DNA of 64,000 nt from Nitrospiraceae bacterium (GCA_050246315.1 JBFWWG010000005.1:128001-192000); one strand, 5' to 3'. Positions 53,528-63,445 are shown, counted from the first letter of the stretch. Numbers and translations are program-made. The notes: generated from the sequence alone by a model not told the origin.

Positions 53528-54573
53528 CCATTCCTCCCGAGCATCCCAACAAGAGCCTCCTCCTCCGCGATCTTCTCAAGCAAGTTTCCCGTCTGTTCTA
53601 TACGACTCTGACAGTGGTGCCGCAAGGTGTCCGAGATCAGGTGAGTCTGGCGTACCTCTTTGCCAGAGCAGCCGATACTATTGCCGACACCGATCTAATC
53701 GACAGGTCCAAGAGACTGGCCTACCTGAAACAGTTTCAGAAGCAATTCGAGGGCGACAGTCTGGACCGGAACGCGATCCACGCGATCCAGAGGGAGATGG
53801 CTCCGCTTCAACAAGACTCGGCCGAACGGGTGTTGTTGCAGCGGCTGGACGACTGCTTCCGCCTGTTCAGCGAATTCCGGCCCGACGACCGGCAACGGGT
53901 GCAACGCCTCATGACCACGCTGACCAAGGGCATGGAGCTGGATCTGAATTGTTTCCCCGGAGAGTCGGCCATGCAGGTGACGGCGCTCAAGAGCCTCGAG
54001 GATCTGGACCGGTACACCTATTACGTGGCCGGCTGCGTCGGGGAATTCTGGACGGACCTGATGTGCGCGCACCGTCCAGCGCTGGCCGGGTGGAACGTCC
54101 GCGAGATGTCACAGGTCGGCATCCGATTCGGCAAGGGGTTGCAACTCACCAACATCGTGAAGGACGTGGCGCATGATCTTCAGCGCGGGCGTTGCTATGT
54201 GCCGGAACCGGTGCTCCAAGCGGCCGGCCTCACACCCCTCGATCTCGTCGATCCGGAGCGACTGCCACAATTCAGGCCGGCGCTCCGCACGCTGGTTAAG
54301 CTGGCCCTGTCCCATCTCGATCACGGGTGGCTCTACACGATGGCGATTCCGCGCCGGGAAATCCGTCTCCGACTGGCCTGCATGTGGCCGATCCTCTCGG
54401 CCGGCGAGTCGCTCAAGCTGATCCAGCTCTCACCCGACCTGTTGAATCCCGTAGTGAAGGTGAAGATTCCCCGCCGCAGGGTCTATCGCATGATGGCGCT
54501 GACCATCGGGACCGCCGGCTGCGGCTACGTCGGCACCGCCTATTGGTGCCGGCTCAGAAAGCAACTTGAATGA
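53524..54573 (+). CDS. squalene/phytoene synthase family protein (SQS-like)
   Basis: VSRLF, ADTIAD, YTYYVAGCVG, GLQLTNIVKD..D..RGRCYVP. Confidence 0.88.
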   Translation: MTIPPEHPNKSLLLRDLLKQVSRLFYTTLTVVPQGVRDQVSLAYLFARAADTIADTDLIDRSKRLAYLKQFQKQFEGDSLDRNAIHAIQREMAPLQQDSAERVLLQRLDDCFRLFSEFRPDDRQRVQRLMTTLTKGMELDLNCFPGESAMQVTALKSLEDLDRYTYYVAGCVGEFWTDLMCAHRPALAGWNVREMSQVGIRFGKGLQLTNIVKDVAHDLQRGRCYVPEPVLQAAGLTPLDLVDPERLPQFRPALRTLVKLALSHLDHGWLYTMAIPRREIRLRLACMWPILSAGESLKLIQLSPDLLNPVVKVKIPRRRVYRMMALTIGTAGCGYVGTAYWCRLRKQLE

Positions 54574-54588
54574 CGGCATCGCTGCGTT

Positions 54589-54786
54589 CTAACAGGGGCA
54601 TTGGATGCCGTTCAGCCAATAGAAGAACCAGATGCTCAGCGCCACCGTGATGTAGAAAATGGTCTTGCCCAACGTCGTTTCCCACTCGGGGACTTCACGC
54701 TCGCCCGAGCTGAAATCCGGTTCGTCTTCTTGATAGGTCGGCGTTTCCCAACGTGGGTACGGCTGAAATTTTCTGGCTGGTTCCAT
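54589..54786 (-). CDS. small single-TM protein ending in CPC
   Basis: GGAGG RBS; 65 aa with a C-terminal TM. Confidence 0.7.
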   Translation of the reverse strand: MEPARKFQPYPRWETPTYQEDEPDFSSGEREVPEWETTLGKTIFYITVALSIWFFYWLNGIQCPC

Positions 54787-55287
54787 GGTTCAACCTCCCG
54801 GGTACCCTCGTTTCAACCAGGTCGGTCCAGTTCACCTCCTGCTCTCTTCTGACAGCGCAACGGCGAAGTTTATGCACGTAGCACCTGCTTCGGCTGGTCG
54901 GACTGCCTATTGCGGGAAGAGGGAGTTCCTGTTGCGAGGGTAGGAACCGGAGCCAACGATCGCGCGCAAGGAATTCCGCTCGCGCAAGGCATGTCCGAGA
55001 ACGGACCTGCACCGTCTATGCTAACTCCACCTCATTGCCCTGGGCAAGGTGAGGGCAGCGCGCGGGACCGCCCCTTGGGATGCGGGGCACGTCAGGCTCA
55101 TGGGGGAGGCTGGAAATGGCAGGTCTCGAAACAGAAAAGGAGGGAGTGACGGACTCCCTTGAAGGCTGTCCTTTCGCGAGCCTGCGAGGGCAGCCTCGGG
55201 AAGCAATCCGGTCTCAGGGACAAGATCGAGTGGAGACCGGATGGTCGTGCTGCCGCGGTCTCGGGCCGTTCGATGGCTGTGGCGGCG

Positions 55288-55590
55288 CTATTTTGCCTGT
55301 GGCACCAGCAGCTTCTCTCCCTTCCTGAACACCCCATAGATGGCGTGTGAGGGACAGGAGTCCAGGCAGAGGCGGCAGCTTTCGAGGCAGCGCGACGCAT
55401 CGAACTTGAACGGAGGCGTGGACAGCCAGGCGCCGGTCGGGCAGATCGGCACACAGATCGCTTGGTGCGTGCAGCGGTCGGGGTGGCGGACCAGATGATC
55501 ACGGACAACCATCATCGGTTTGACTCCTTCAAAAAGTGCCTGCGAGAAGATCTCGAACATGTTCTTGGTGTGGAATTCGTTCACGTCCAT
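55288..55590 (-). CDS. atypical dicluster ferredoxin-like protein
   Basis: CTHQAICVPICP and CLESCRLCLDSCP. Confidence 0.75.
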   Translation of the reverse strand: MDVNEFHTKNMFEIFSQALFEGVKPMMVVRDHLVRHPDRCTHQAICVPICPTGAWLSTPPFKFDASRCLESCRLCLDSCPSHAIYGVFRKGEKLLVPQAK

Positions 55591-55994
55591 TCCTTGACCA
55601 GAGCCCTCAACCGGTCCTTCAATTCAGGAATCTGTTCCAGATTGTTCTGGATCGCCCCGAGAATTTTTTCCAACCTGGCGGCGCGGAGAGCGTCGCGGTC
55701 CTTCTGAGCGAGCCGGTCATACTCAGCATACGCCTGCTGATGTTTCTCCACCAGATACGAGCGCGCCTGTTTCAAACCCTCCCCGATCTCCCAGGGCTCG
55801 GGCGCAAGCGGCGGAGCCAGAGCGAACGACCCGTCGGTGAACACCAACACCACCGCGCCGGGTTTTCCGCCCAGTGGTGCAATAGCCTCAACCGTCCTGC
55901 CGCTGAGCTGAGCCCAGTCCGTCACCAGGCCGGGGAAGCGCTTCATAAACGCCACCTTCTCGGCGTTCGCTTTCCATTTGTCCTCGGTGGCCAT
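55581..55994 (-). CDS. hypothetical protein
   Basis: 137-aa ORF (MATEDKWK...) in the operon. Confidence 0.75.
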   Translation of the reverse strand: MATEDKWKANAEKVAFMKRFPGLVTDWAQLSGRTVEAIAPLGGKPGAVVLVFTDGSFALAPPLAPEPWEIGEGLKQARSYLVEKHQQAYAEYDRLAQKDRDALRAARLEKILGAIQNNLEQIPELKDRLRALVKEWT

Positions 55995-56023
55995 GGGGGC
56001 GGCGCGGGCAAGCCGCGGACAAC

Positions 56024-56374
56024 TTACAGATGAGGAAGTCCGGGCGCCGTGCCCGGTTGATGGTTGGGCATCAACAGCCGTTCGACAATCTCGCCCTTGA
56101 CGATATGACGTTCCATGATTTCCGTGACGTCTGCCTCCGAACCCACCCAATACCAGACCCCTTCGGGGTAGATCACCACGCTGGGGCCGTATTCGCAGTG
56201 GTCAAGGCACCCAGCCTTGTTGGCCCGGACCAACCTCTTGAGTCCGAGTCTCTCGACTTCCTTCTTAAAAAAGGCATGCAGCCTCTCTGAGCCCTGATTG
56301 GCACAGCAACCGCGCGGGTCGTCCTTGGGTCGCTGATTGATACAGATGAAAATGTGATGCTTGAAGCCCGACAT
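56024..56374 (-). CDS. thioredoxin-like [2Fe-2S] ferredoxin
   Basis: HIFICINQR..RGCC, RANKAGCLDHCEYGP, YPEGVWY. Confidence 0.92.
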   Translation of the reverse strand: MSGFKHHIFICINQRPKDDPRGCCANQGSERLHAFFKKEVERLGLKRLVRANKAGCLDHCEYGPSVVIYPEGVWYWVGSEADVTEIMERHIVKGEIVERLLMPNHQPGTAPGLPHL

Positions 56375-56392
56375 GGCGTCTCGAAAATGTGC

Positions 56393-56770
56393 TCAGGCCG
56401 GCTGCGACTGCGAGAGTGCTTGAATGTTGCCGAGCAGGTGCGCGACATCTCCCGTGGCGAGCAGGGCGTGAGGCGCTGCGGAGGCGTTCAACAGGGTGAT
56501 GATCTCGCGCAGACGCAACAGGGCGCGCTGTAGTTCATCAGGGCGATCGAGCATGGATCCGTTGCGCTGCTGAAGCTTTTCGAACTCGCCGCGGATGTCC
56601 CGATAGTCGCGCTGCATGTTTTTTTGCATGGAACAGGGCTCGCAATACCATTTCGGGCTTTGATCGGCCGACGGGGAAAGCCGATCATAGGGACGTCCGA
56701 AAAAGTCTTTTCCAAGCGAGAGTTTCATCAAGGGGCCCTGTTGAGCCCCACATCCGTCACAGGTTGTCAT
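56393..56770 (-). CDS. CxxC...CxxC zinc-finger-like hypothetical protein
   Basis: CDGC ... WYCEPC. Confidence 0.75.
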   Translation of the reverse strand: MTTCDGCGAQQGPLMKLSLGKDFFGRPYDRLSPSADQSPKWYCEPCSMQKNMQRDYRDIRGEFEKLQQRNGSMLDRPDELQRALLRLREIITLLNASAAPHALLATGDVAHLLGNIQALSQSQPA

Positions 56771-56977
56771 CGTCGCGATCCTTCATCCGGTGAGATGACC
56801 GGAGCGCCGCTCCAGTCACGATGTCAGGGGAGTGTACAACAGGGCTTTCCTGACTGTCCACCGAGCCGGATGCCCCGTCGTCTCCGTCGGATACCGCGAG
56901 GGCGCTGTGCTTCAGAGCCGAGCAAGGAGGGCGTATAATAGAAATGAGTAACGGTACGCAACGCCCGGGAGGTGCCG

Positions 56978-58081
56978 ATGATCATCGGGATACCCAAAGA
57001 GATCAAGGATCATGAATATCGGGTCAGCCTCACGCCGGATGGCGCCAGGACGCTCGTGGGTCTTGGCCATCGGGTGCTGGTAGAACCCTCGGCCGGGAAC
57101 GGCTCTGGATTCTCAGATGAAGAGTATCGAAAGGCTGGCGCGCAAACCGCTCGCGATAAGACTCATCTGTTCGCCGAGGCCGAGTTGATCGTCAAGGTGA
57201 AAGAGCCCCTGCTGGACGAGTGTTCGTTGTTCCGTCCGCGACAGGCGCTCTTCACCTATCTCCATCTGGCCTCGTTGCCGGCGTTGACCAAAGCGTTGCT
57301 AGACGCGCACGTGCTGGCTATCGCCTATGAAACGACGGCCTTGGCCGACGGCAGCCTACCGATGCTGAAACCGATGAGCGAAATCGCCGGCCGCATGGCC
57401 GTGCAGATCGGTGCGCACTATCTTGAGGGGCTTCAGGGAGGCCGAGGCCTGTTGCTCGGAGGAGTGGCCGGGGTAGCGCCAGCACATGTTGTGGTGTTGG
57501 GGGCCGGGGTGGTGGGCAGCGCCGCCACGCAAATCGCCGTGGGAATGGGCGCGAGGGTGACCGTGATCAATCTGGATCTCGAACGGCTGCGGGCGTTGGA
57601 TGCCCTCTACCGCGGCCGCATCGTCACGCTGGCGCCCAATCAATGGGCGATCGACCAGGCTGTGCTGGAGGCCGATTTGGTGATCGGTGCCGTCCTGGTG
57701 CCGGGAGCCAAAGCTCCCAGGCTGGTCAGTCGCGCCGTCGTCGAGAGGATGAAACCCGGCTCGGTCATTGTCGATGTGGCGGTCGATCAGGGTGGTTGCA
57801 TCGAAACGATCCGTCCCACTACCCACACGGATCAGGTCTATAAGGTTGGCGGTGTCCTGCACTACGGCGTGCCGAACATGCCGGGTATTGTGCCGCGAAC
57901 CTCTACTTTAGCCTTGACCAACGCCACCCTGCCCTTTATAGTCCGCCTTTCGTCGGAGGGACCTGAACGGGCGATCCGTTCGGAGCCCGCCTTGGGCAAG
58001 GGCGTTAATCTGATCGACGGGAAAGTCGCACACCGAGGCGTCGCGGAAGCGCACGGTCTCCCATTCGAGCCCTTGACCTAG
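56978..58081 (+). CDS. ald: alanine dehydrogenase
   Basis: [47 protein letters not shown]. Confidence 0.97.
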   Translation: MIIGIPKEIKDHEYRVSLTPDGARTLVGLGHRVLVEPSAGNGSGFSDEEYRKAGAQTARDKTHLFAEAELIVKVKEPLLDECSLFRPRQALFTYLHLASLPALTKALLDAHVLAIAYETTALADGSLPMLKPMSEIAGRMAVQIGAHYLEGLQGGRGLLLGGVAGVAPAHVVVLGAGVVGSAATQIAVGMGARVTVINLDLERLRALDALYRGRIVTLAPNQWAIDQAVLEADLVIGAVLVPGAKAPRLVSRAVVERMKPGSVIVDVAVDQGGCIETIRPTTHTDQVYKVGGVLHYGVPNMPGIVPRTSTLALTNATLPFIVRLSSEGPERAIRSEPALGKGVNLIDGKVAHRGVAEAHGLPFEPLT

Positions 58082-58112
58082 CCGTTCTCTATGGTTTAGG
58101 AATTTGCCTTGT

Positions 58113-58189
<77 letters not shown>

Positions 58190-58452
58190 TACCAAGCTTG
58201 CTAATACCGCCGGCTCATCGGGCCAAGCCTTCTTCATGGGGCCGGCGGAGAAACACCTCAATCATCTCTTATCTGTCTCTTATCTGGTTTTCGACCTTTC
58301 CCATGTTGTCGGCTCTTCAGGCGAAGCCTTCCTCATAGGACGCCGCCGGAGAAGCCTTCATTGTCCATCTTGGCCTACCATTGTTTCTCTGGGGTGAACC
58401 GCTGGGTCATCGGGACAAGCCCTCTTCTTTGCACCGGCGGAACAACGCCTCA
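58190..58452. repeat. tRNA-linked degenerate hairpin repeats (3 units)
   Basis: GGCTCATCGG 58212, GGCTCTTCAG 58311, GGGTCATCGG 58404, each followed by AGCCYTC and a GC-rich stem arm. Confidence 0.7.
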
Positions 58453-58547
58453 CGTGATTCCTCTCTCGCCTTTCGCCCGTTCGGTTGAGCCGCCGGTTCT
58501 TTATCGCCTTATCGAAGTTGACGTTGGCGGAGAGACGCCACGATTTC

Positions 58548-58678
58548 GAAGTCATTTCAAAACCATCCGTTCACCCTTTGGCCGGCCCAGGGCAAATGGA
58601 TCTGTTCATGAAAACAGGATATTCCTCCGTTCGCATTGAGCTTCTCGAAGCACGGTCATGGGGTTTTGAAATGACTTC
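58548..58678. mobile_element. 131-bp MITE/REPIN-like element
   Basis: perfect 17-bp TIR GAAGTCATTTCAAAACC / GGTTTTGAAATGACTTC; internal REP-like hairpin; right end runs into CTAG. Confidence 0.75.
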
Positions 58679-58994
58679 TAGTCTTGTCCGACTTGTCGTG
58701 CCCTTCACATGCTCCGCCGGCTTACTCGAGTGGCATCGCATGTCACGCCGGCGACGAAACACTTTCAGTGATCCCATCGTCGTCAACCAGTCTTGCCTCA
58801 CACTCTCCATGATGCGTACAAACCATCAGTCTGTGCCCTAGCCCCCATCTGAGCAGAGAAGGGCCTGGACATGGTACCGTGTCGTTGGCCACCTCATGTG
58901 GAACGATGCGCGTCAGCTCGCCTCTGTGACCGCACGAATCGCCCATTTGCTTGTGCCAGGAGGATGTTGTGCTAATCTGCCAGGAGCATTGACC

Positions 58995-59276
58995 ATGAGC
59001 GAGTTGATTCGTGCGCGTGTGCTGGTAAGTGGAATTGTACAGGGAGTGGCATTCAGGGCATTTACGCAGCGTCAGGCCCTTCGTCTGAACCTTCATGGTG
59101 GTGTCCGGAATCTGGACGACGGCCGCGTGGAAGCCATCGTCGAAGGCTCGCGGAAGAACGTGGACGCGTTGATCGTGTTGCTGGGGCAGGGGCCGCCTAT
59201 GGCCAAGGTCGAGCGGGTGGAGGTCGAGTGGAGTTCACCGGCCGGCAGTGAGCAACCCTTTCAGATTTGGTACTAG
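58995..59276 (+). CDS. acyP: acylphosphatase
   Basis: VSGIVQGVAFR, GGVRNLDDGRVE, GPPMAKV. Confidence 0.95.
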   Translation: MSELIRARVLVSGIVQGVAFRAFTQRQALRLNLHGGVRNLDDGRVEAIVEGSRKNVDALIVLLGQGPPMAKVERVEVEWSSPAGSEQPFQIWY

Positions 59277-60135
59277 CAGGATGTTGAAACAGTCCGCCAG
59301 CTTTGTTGGGGTACCCACTGTTGTACGTTCGTCGTGCCATGAGTCTCATGCGATGAGGCTCACCCTGAAGGTGTTTCTCCGTTTACCAAGATCAATCCGA
59401 CGAGCGAACGGATCACACGAACTGCGGATGAGACACGAAGCTTCCTTGTGGATTGCTCCAGCGGCGTCAATAGGGACGGGCTTTGCCTGATGAGCCGTTG
59501 GTTCACACGACGTGCGGTGTGCGCGCCTCACCACTTCGCTGGCTGCGCTCGCGAATGTAGGAAGGCGCGTCTCGGCGCAACGGGGTCGGGCAGGTGAGAA
59601 TACCGGCCTCTGTGAACATCCTGTGGGCTCTTCCGACTCCATGTGCGAGCGAGTGCGGGTCTATGATTGCAGGAGTGCCAAACAGTTTTTCAACGGCCTG
59701 CTAGAACCTATCTCAAAATCAAGAAAGCTCACTTCTGACGATAGTCGGTTGGGCAAATTAAGAGTTCTTAGGCGCGTTTCACAGGAAAACATCAATTCGT
59801 TGATGACTCAGGAACCTCTTGGAAAATGCATTCCCGCTCGACAAGCAATTTTGAGATAGGTTCTAGTGTCCTGTCTCTGAAATTCGTCGAAGAAGTCCAG
59901 CATATGAAGTTGTCATCAATCAAGCAGTTGGCTACTAAAATTATGATGAGAACTTCGGAGTCAGGACACTAGCCTGCGTTATTCATGACGGTTCGTTGCG
60001 AAATGGTAGGGTCGTATTGCGAGACGAGCGGCGAGCCCGCCCGCTTGCGCGCCGAAACTCCGTACGCGGGCTTGTCGCAGCAGCGAACCCGCAATTGTAA
60101 TTGTAGTGGAACCGTTCATGAATAAGATGGGCTAG
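59273..60135. mobile_element. tandem train of four MITE-like elements separated by CTAG
   Basis: CTAG at 59273, 59701, 59863, 59969 and 60132; each interval has its own terminal inverted repeats. Confidence 0.85.
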
Positions 60136-60163
60136 CCCCGTCGAGAAGCGAGCACAGACTTCC

Positions 60164-61120
60164 ATGGCCTATGCAAACAGGAAGCGCGCTCGGGCCGTCG
60201 ATGCTGACGAGGACCCGGCCATCGGCGACGAAGACGGTACAGACGGATCGGAGACCTCAAAGGGACGCGGCCGAGGCGAAGGTCGCTCGGAGGGACTGGA
60301 TACCGTCAAAACCTACCTCCGTGAGATCCGCAGTTCCACGTTGCTCAACTTCAAGCAGGAACAAGAGCTCGGCAAGCGGGTCATGGCCGGCGATGAACAG
60401 GCCAGAACCCAGATGATTGAGTCGAACCTGCGGTTGGTGATCAGCATTGGCAAACGCTACATGAACCGTGGATTTCCCTTCGCCGACATCGTCGAGGAGG
60501 GTAATCTTGGGTTGATCAAGGCCGTCGAGAAGTTCAATTACAAGCGTGGGTTCCGCTTCAGTACCTACGCGTCCTGGTGGATTCGCCAGTTCATCGAGCG
60601 GGCGATCATCAATCAATCGAAACTGGTGCGCCTGCCCGTTCATGTCGTCGAACGGCTGAATCGGTACCTCGGGGATGTCGAAAAGCTGGTTCGGGAACTC
60701 GGTCGGGAGCCGACGATTGAGGAGATCTCCCTGCGCACCAAGCTACCGAAGGAAGATGTGGAGGACCTTAAGCAGTTGATCCGGACCACCTGTTCCCTGG
60801 ACAGTCCCATAAACGATCGCAGCGATACGTTTCTTCGCGACGTGATCGAGGATCCCGGCGTAGTGTCGCCGGCGGATAGCGCAGAGGGGATTCAGAGGCG
60901 GGAAGAGCTCATGAACTGGGTCCGCCAGCTTCCCGACAAAGAACGGATGGTGGTGATCTCGCGTTTTGGACTTGATGGAGGGGAGGCAAAAACGTTAGAA
61001 GAGATCGGCCGCGAACTGGGATTGACCCGCGAGCGGGTCCGCCAAATAGAGATGGCGGCGCTGGGAAAAATCCGGGCGGCGATGGAACGGAAGACCATCA
61101 GGCAGGATGACCTCCTGTAG
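60164..61120 (+). CDS. sigma-70 family factor, RpoS-like
   Basis: [51 protein letters not shown]; no region 1.1. Confidence 0.92.
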   Translation: MAYANRKRARAVDADEDPAIGDEDGTDGSETSKGRGRGEGRSEGLDTVKTYLREIRSSTLLNFKQEQELGKRVMAGDEQARTQMIESNLRLVISIGKRYMNRGFPFADIVEEGNLGLIKAVEKFNYKRGFRFSTYASWWIRQFIERAIINQSKLVRLPVHVVERLNRYLGDVEKLVRELGREPTIEEISLRTKLPKEDVEDLKQLIRTTCSLDSPINDRSDTFLRDVIEDPGVVSPADSAEGIQRREELMNWVRQLPDKERMVVISRFGLDGGEAKTLEEIGRELGLTRERVRQIEMAALGKIRAAMERKTIRQDDLL

Positions 61121-61134
61121 AACTCGATCGCCAC

Positions 61135-61650
61135 GTGAACTATAAAGCGCTCATCCGGGAAGTCCCGGATTTCCCCAAGCCAGGCATCCTCTTCTACGAC
61201 ATCACAACCCTCCTGAAGGATGCAGCGGCCTTTCGGGCTATCCTGGCCGAGATCCAACGTTCCTTTGATCACGATCAGGTCACAAAAGTTGTCGGTATCG
61301 AGTCCCGCGGGTTTATTATGGGTGGCGTGCTGGCGGCCCAGCTCAATGCCGGGTTTGTGCCGGTTCGGCGGCCAGGCAAACTACCGGCCGATACCTTCGA
61401 GGTGAAGTACGATCTCGAATATGGATCCAACTCGCTGGCCATCCACCGGGATGCCATTCTTCCGGGTGAACGCGTCTTGATCGTGGATGACCTGTTGGCG
61501 ACCGGAGGCACTGCGGAAGCGACGGTGCATCTGGTGGAGCAGTTGGGAGGCCAGGTGGCCGGATTGGGGTTTCTGGTAGAACTCGAATTTCTGAAGGGCC
61601 GGGAACGGCTACAGGGCTATAACCTGTTTGCCGCGGTGGCCTATCCATAA
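61135..61650 (+). CDS. apt: adenine phosphoribosyltransferase
   Basis: [29 protein letters not shown]. Confidence 0.97.
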   Translation: MNYKALIREVPDFPKPGILFYDITTLLKDAAAFRAILAEIQRSFDHDQVTKVVGIESRGFIMGGVLAAQLNAGFVPVRRPGKLPADTFEVKYDLEYGSNSLAIHRDAILPGERVLIVDDLLATGGTAEATVHLVEQLGGQVAGLGFLVELEFLKGRERLQGYNLFAAVAYP

Positions 61651-61794
61651 CCGCCAACCCTGACTGGGTGCGGGCTTCTCGATTGGGAGGAGCCAGAAGT
61701 ACCGGCGGATCGCGCCCTTGTAAAAGGTAAGACGGCGTGTTATAGATTCCGATCTTTTTCAGCCCCCACGCGCAACGCCTCACATGAGGACCCC

Positions 61795-62376
61795 ATGGCG
61801 GCGAAGGCTCAATCCAAGAAGCAGGTCACTGAGAAGGCAAAGCAACCGATAAAAGCCATGAGTAAAGCCAAATCGACATCCCCAACGAAAGAATCTCTCA
61901 GCAGCAAGGAAGCGACGAGGACAGATCCAGTTCCGGTCGAGCCGGACTCTGAGGCCAAACCGAAGCGGGCGGTCATGTTGACGCCGGATCAGCAAGAACG
62001 GTACGACTCATTGCACCGGATGTTGATGACCAAGCGGCAGGAGATCCTCAAGGAAATCGGGGGCAGCTTTGGACAGTCCGTGACCGAAGATCAACAGCAG
62101 CGACTGGAGTCCGCCAAGGACGTCGGCGATCAGGCCCTGATGGACTTGGAACGCGAAGTCGGGATCTCCCTGATGGAGATGCGCAATCGCAAGCGTCAAA
62201 TGATCGACGAAGCGGTGGCGCGGCTGCGCGACGGGTTGTACGGCATTTGCGCCGAATGCGGAGTGGAGATCAGTGAACGACGGTTGGCCGTCATGCCGTT
62301 TGCAAAGCTCTGCGTGGAATGCCAGGCGCGACAGGAATTGTTGGAACGAATTGAGAAGGAAGAGGAGCGGGACTAG
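61795..62376 (+). CDS. dksA: DksA/TraR C4 zinc-finger protein
   Basis: DVGDQA coiled-coil tip, YGICAECG.EI..RRL..P...CVECQ. Confidence 0.85.
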   Translation: MAAKAQSKKQVTEKAKQPIKAMSKAKSTSPTKESLSSKEATRTDPVPVEPDSEAKPKRAVMLTPDQQERYDSLHRMLMTKRQEILKEIGGSFGQSVTEDQQQRLESAKDVGDQALMDLEREVGISLMEMRNRKRQMIDEAVARLRDGLYGICAECGVEISERRLAVMPFAKLCVECQARQELLERIEKEEERD

Positions 62377-62566
62377 CGGGGTGCATCGCGCCTCCGTTTG
62401 TTAGAGACCTGGTTCCGTCCCTTGTTCCAGACGTCAGTCCCAGTGCCGCCCCGCCTTCTTGGCTGCGTTCCACCCGATGCAGACGGTTGATTTAGCCCTT
62501 GACGGCATGTGAGTCTCTGTTCCGTCGATGACGGGACGCCCCTCGTAGTCTCGACCGAGACCAGAC

Positions 62567-63250
62567 ATGAAAGCCGTTGTTCTTGCGAGCGGCGGGCTGG
62601 ATTCCACAGTCGCCGCGGCCCTCGCCAAAGATGAGGGACACGAACTCTTCTTTCTTACGGTGCAGTATGGGCAGCGTCACGAGATCGAGGTCGCACGGGC
62701 CTTGGCCGTCGGCCGGGCGCTAGGGGTGGCGGATCACCGGATCGTCCAACTCGACCTTCGTTCTATCGGGGGGTCTGCCCTGACCGGCGACGCGGAGGTC
62801 CCGAAGGGACGATCCGCTGCCGATCGGGCGGCTGGCATTCCGGTCACCTATGTGCCGGCGCGCAACAGCCTGTTCTTGGCCCTGGCCTTGGGATATGCCG
62901 AAACGGTTACTGCCCAACAGATTTATATCGGTGCGAACGTGGTGGACTATTCCGGCTACCCGGATTGCCGCCCCGAGTTCTTGCGCGCGTTCGAAGAGAT
63001 CGCCCGCTTGGGAACCAAGGTCGGCGTGGAAGGGCAAAGAATCGAGATTTGCGCGCCGTTGCTCCAAAAATCCAAGGCCGAGATCGTCCGGATCGGCATG
63101 GCCCTACAGGCGCCGTTGCACCTTACCCACAGTTGTTACGATCCCTCTTCGGACGGGACGTCCTGCGGGCGGTGCGACAGTTGCCAGATTCGTCTGGCAG
63201 GATTTGAGTCGGCAGGGTTCACCGATCCCATCGCCTATGCCGATGTCTGA
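62567..63250 (+). CDS. queC: 7-cyano-7-deazaguanine synthase
   Basis: SGGLDS, YGQRH, TYVPARN, YPDCR, SCY..CGRCDSC. Confidence 0.97.
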   Translation: MKAVVLASGGLDSTVAAALAKDEGHELFFLTVQYGQRHEIEVARALAVGRALGVADHRIVQLDLRSIGGSALTGDAEVPKGRSAADRAAGIPVTYVPARNSLFLALALGYAETVTAQQIYIGANVVDYSGYPDCRPEFLRAFEEIARLGTKVGVEGQRIEICAPLLQKSKAEIVRIGMALQAPLHLTHSCYDPSSDGTSCGRCDSCQIRLAGFESAGFTDPIAYADV

Positions 63251-63259
63251 GGAGTCAGT

Positions 63260-63445
63260 ATGAGCGTCTCGCCTGAAGAGTTTTTCATGTACCTGACGAT
63301 CGGGCTCATCGTCGTGATCCCCGTGTCGGTGCGAATCTATCGCCGCCTCACCATGAATCGCACGGCGCAGATGCTGAAGGAAGAGTTTGGCGTGGACCCG
63401 GACTCGCCTGCTTCCGATACATCGACAGACTCGAAGCGATCCTAG
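63260..63445 (+). CDS. small single-TM protein
   Basis: GAGGAG RBS; 61 aa with one TM. Confidence 0.65.
   Translation: MSVSPEEFFMYLTIGLIVVIPVSVRIYRRLTMNRTAQMLKEEFGVDPDSPASDTSTDSKRS

Noticed and set aside
58190..58452. CRISPR array or hammerhead ribozyme call for the tRNA-linked repeats
   Set aside because: Units are too degenerate and widely spaced for CRISPR and no cas genes are present. CUGANGA occurs on the minus strand, but a proper stem II plus GAAA is not consistent, so it is kept only as a testable idea.
59248..60165. ORFs in the acyP-sigma intergenic region and at 63542-63877
   Set aside because: They fall inside palindromic MITE-like elements and have no protein-like features.
62377..62566. 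preQ1 riboswitch upstream of queC
   Set aside because: A CTGG..CCAG stem exists but the loop consensus and A-rich 3' tail are absent.
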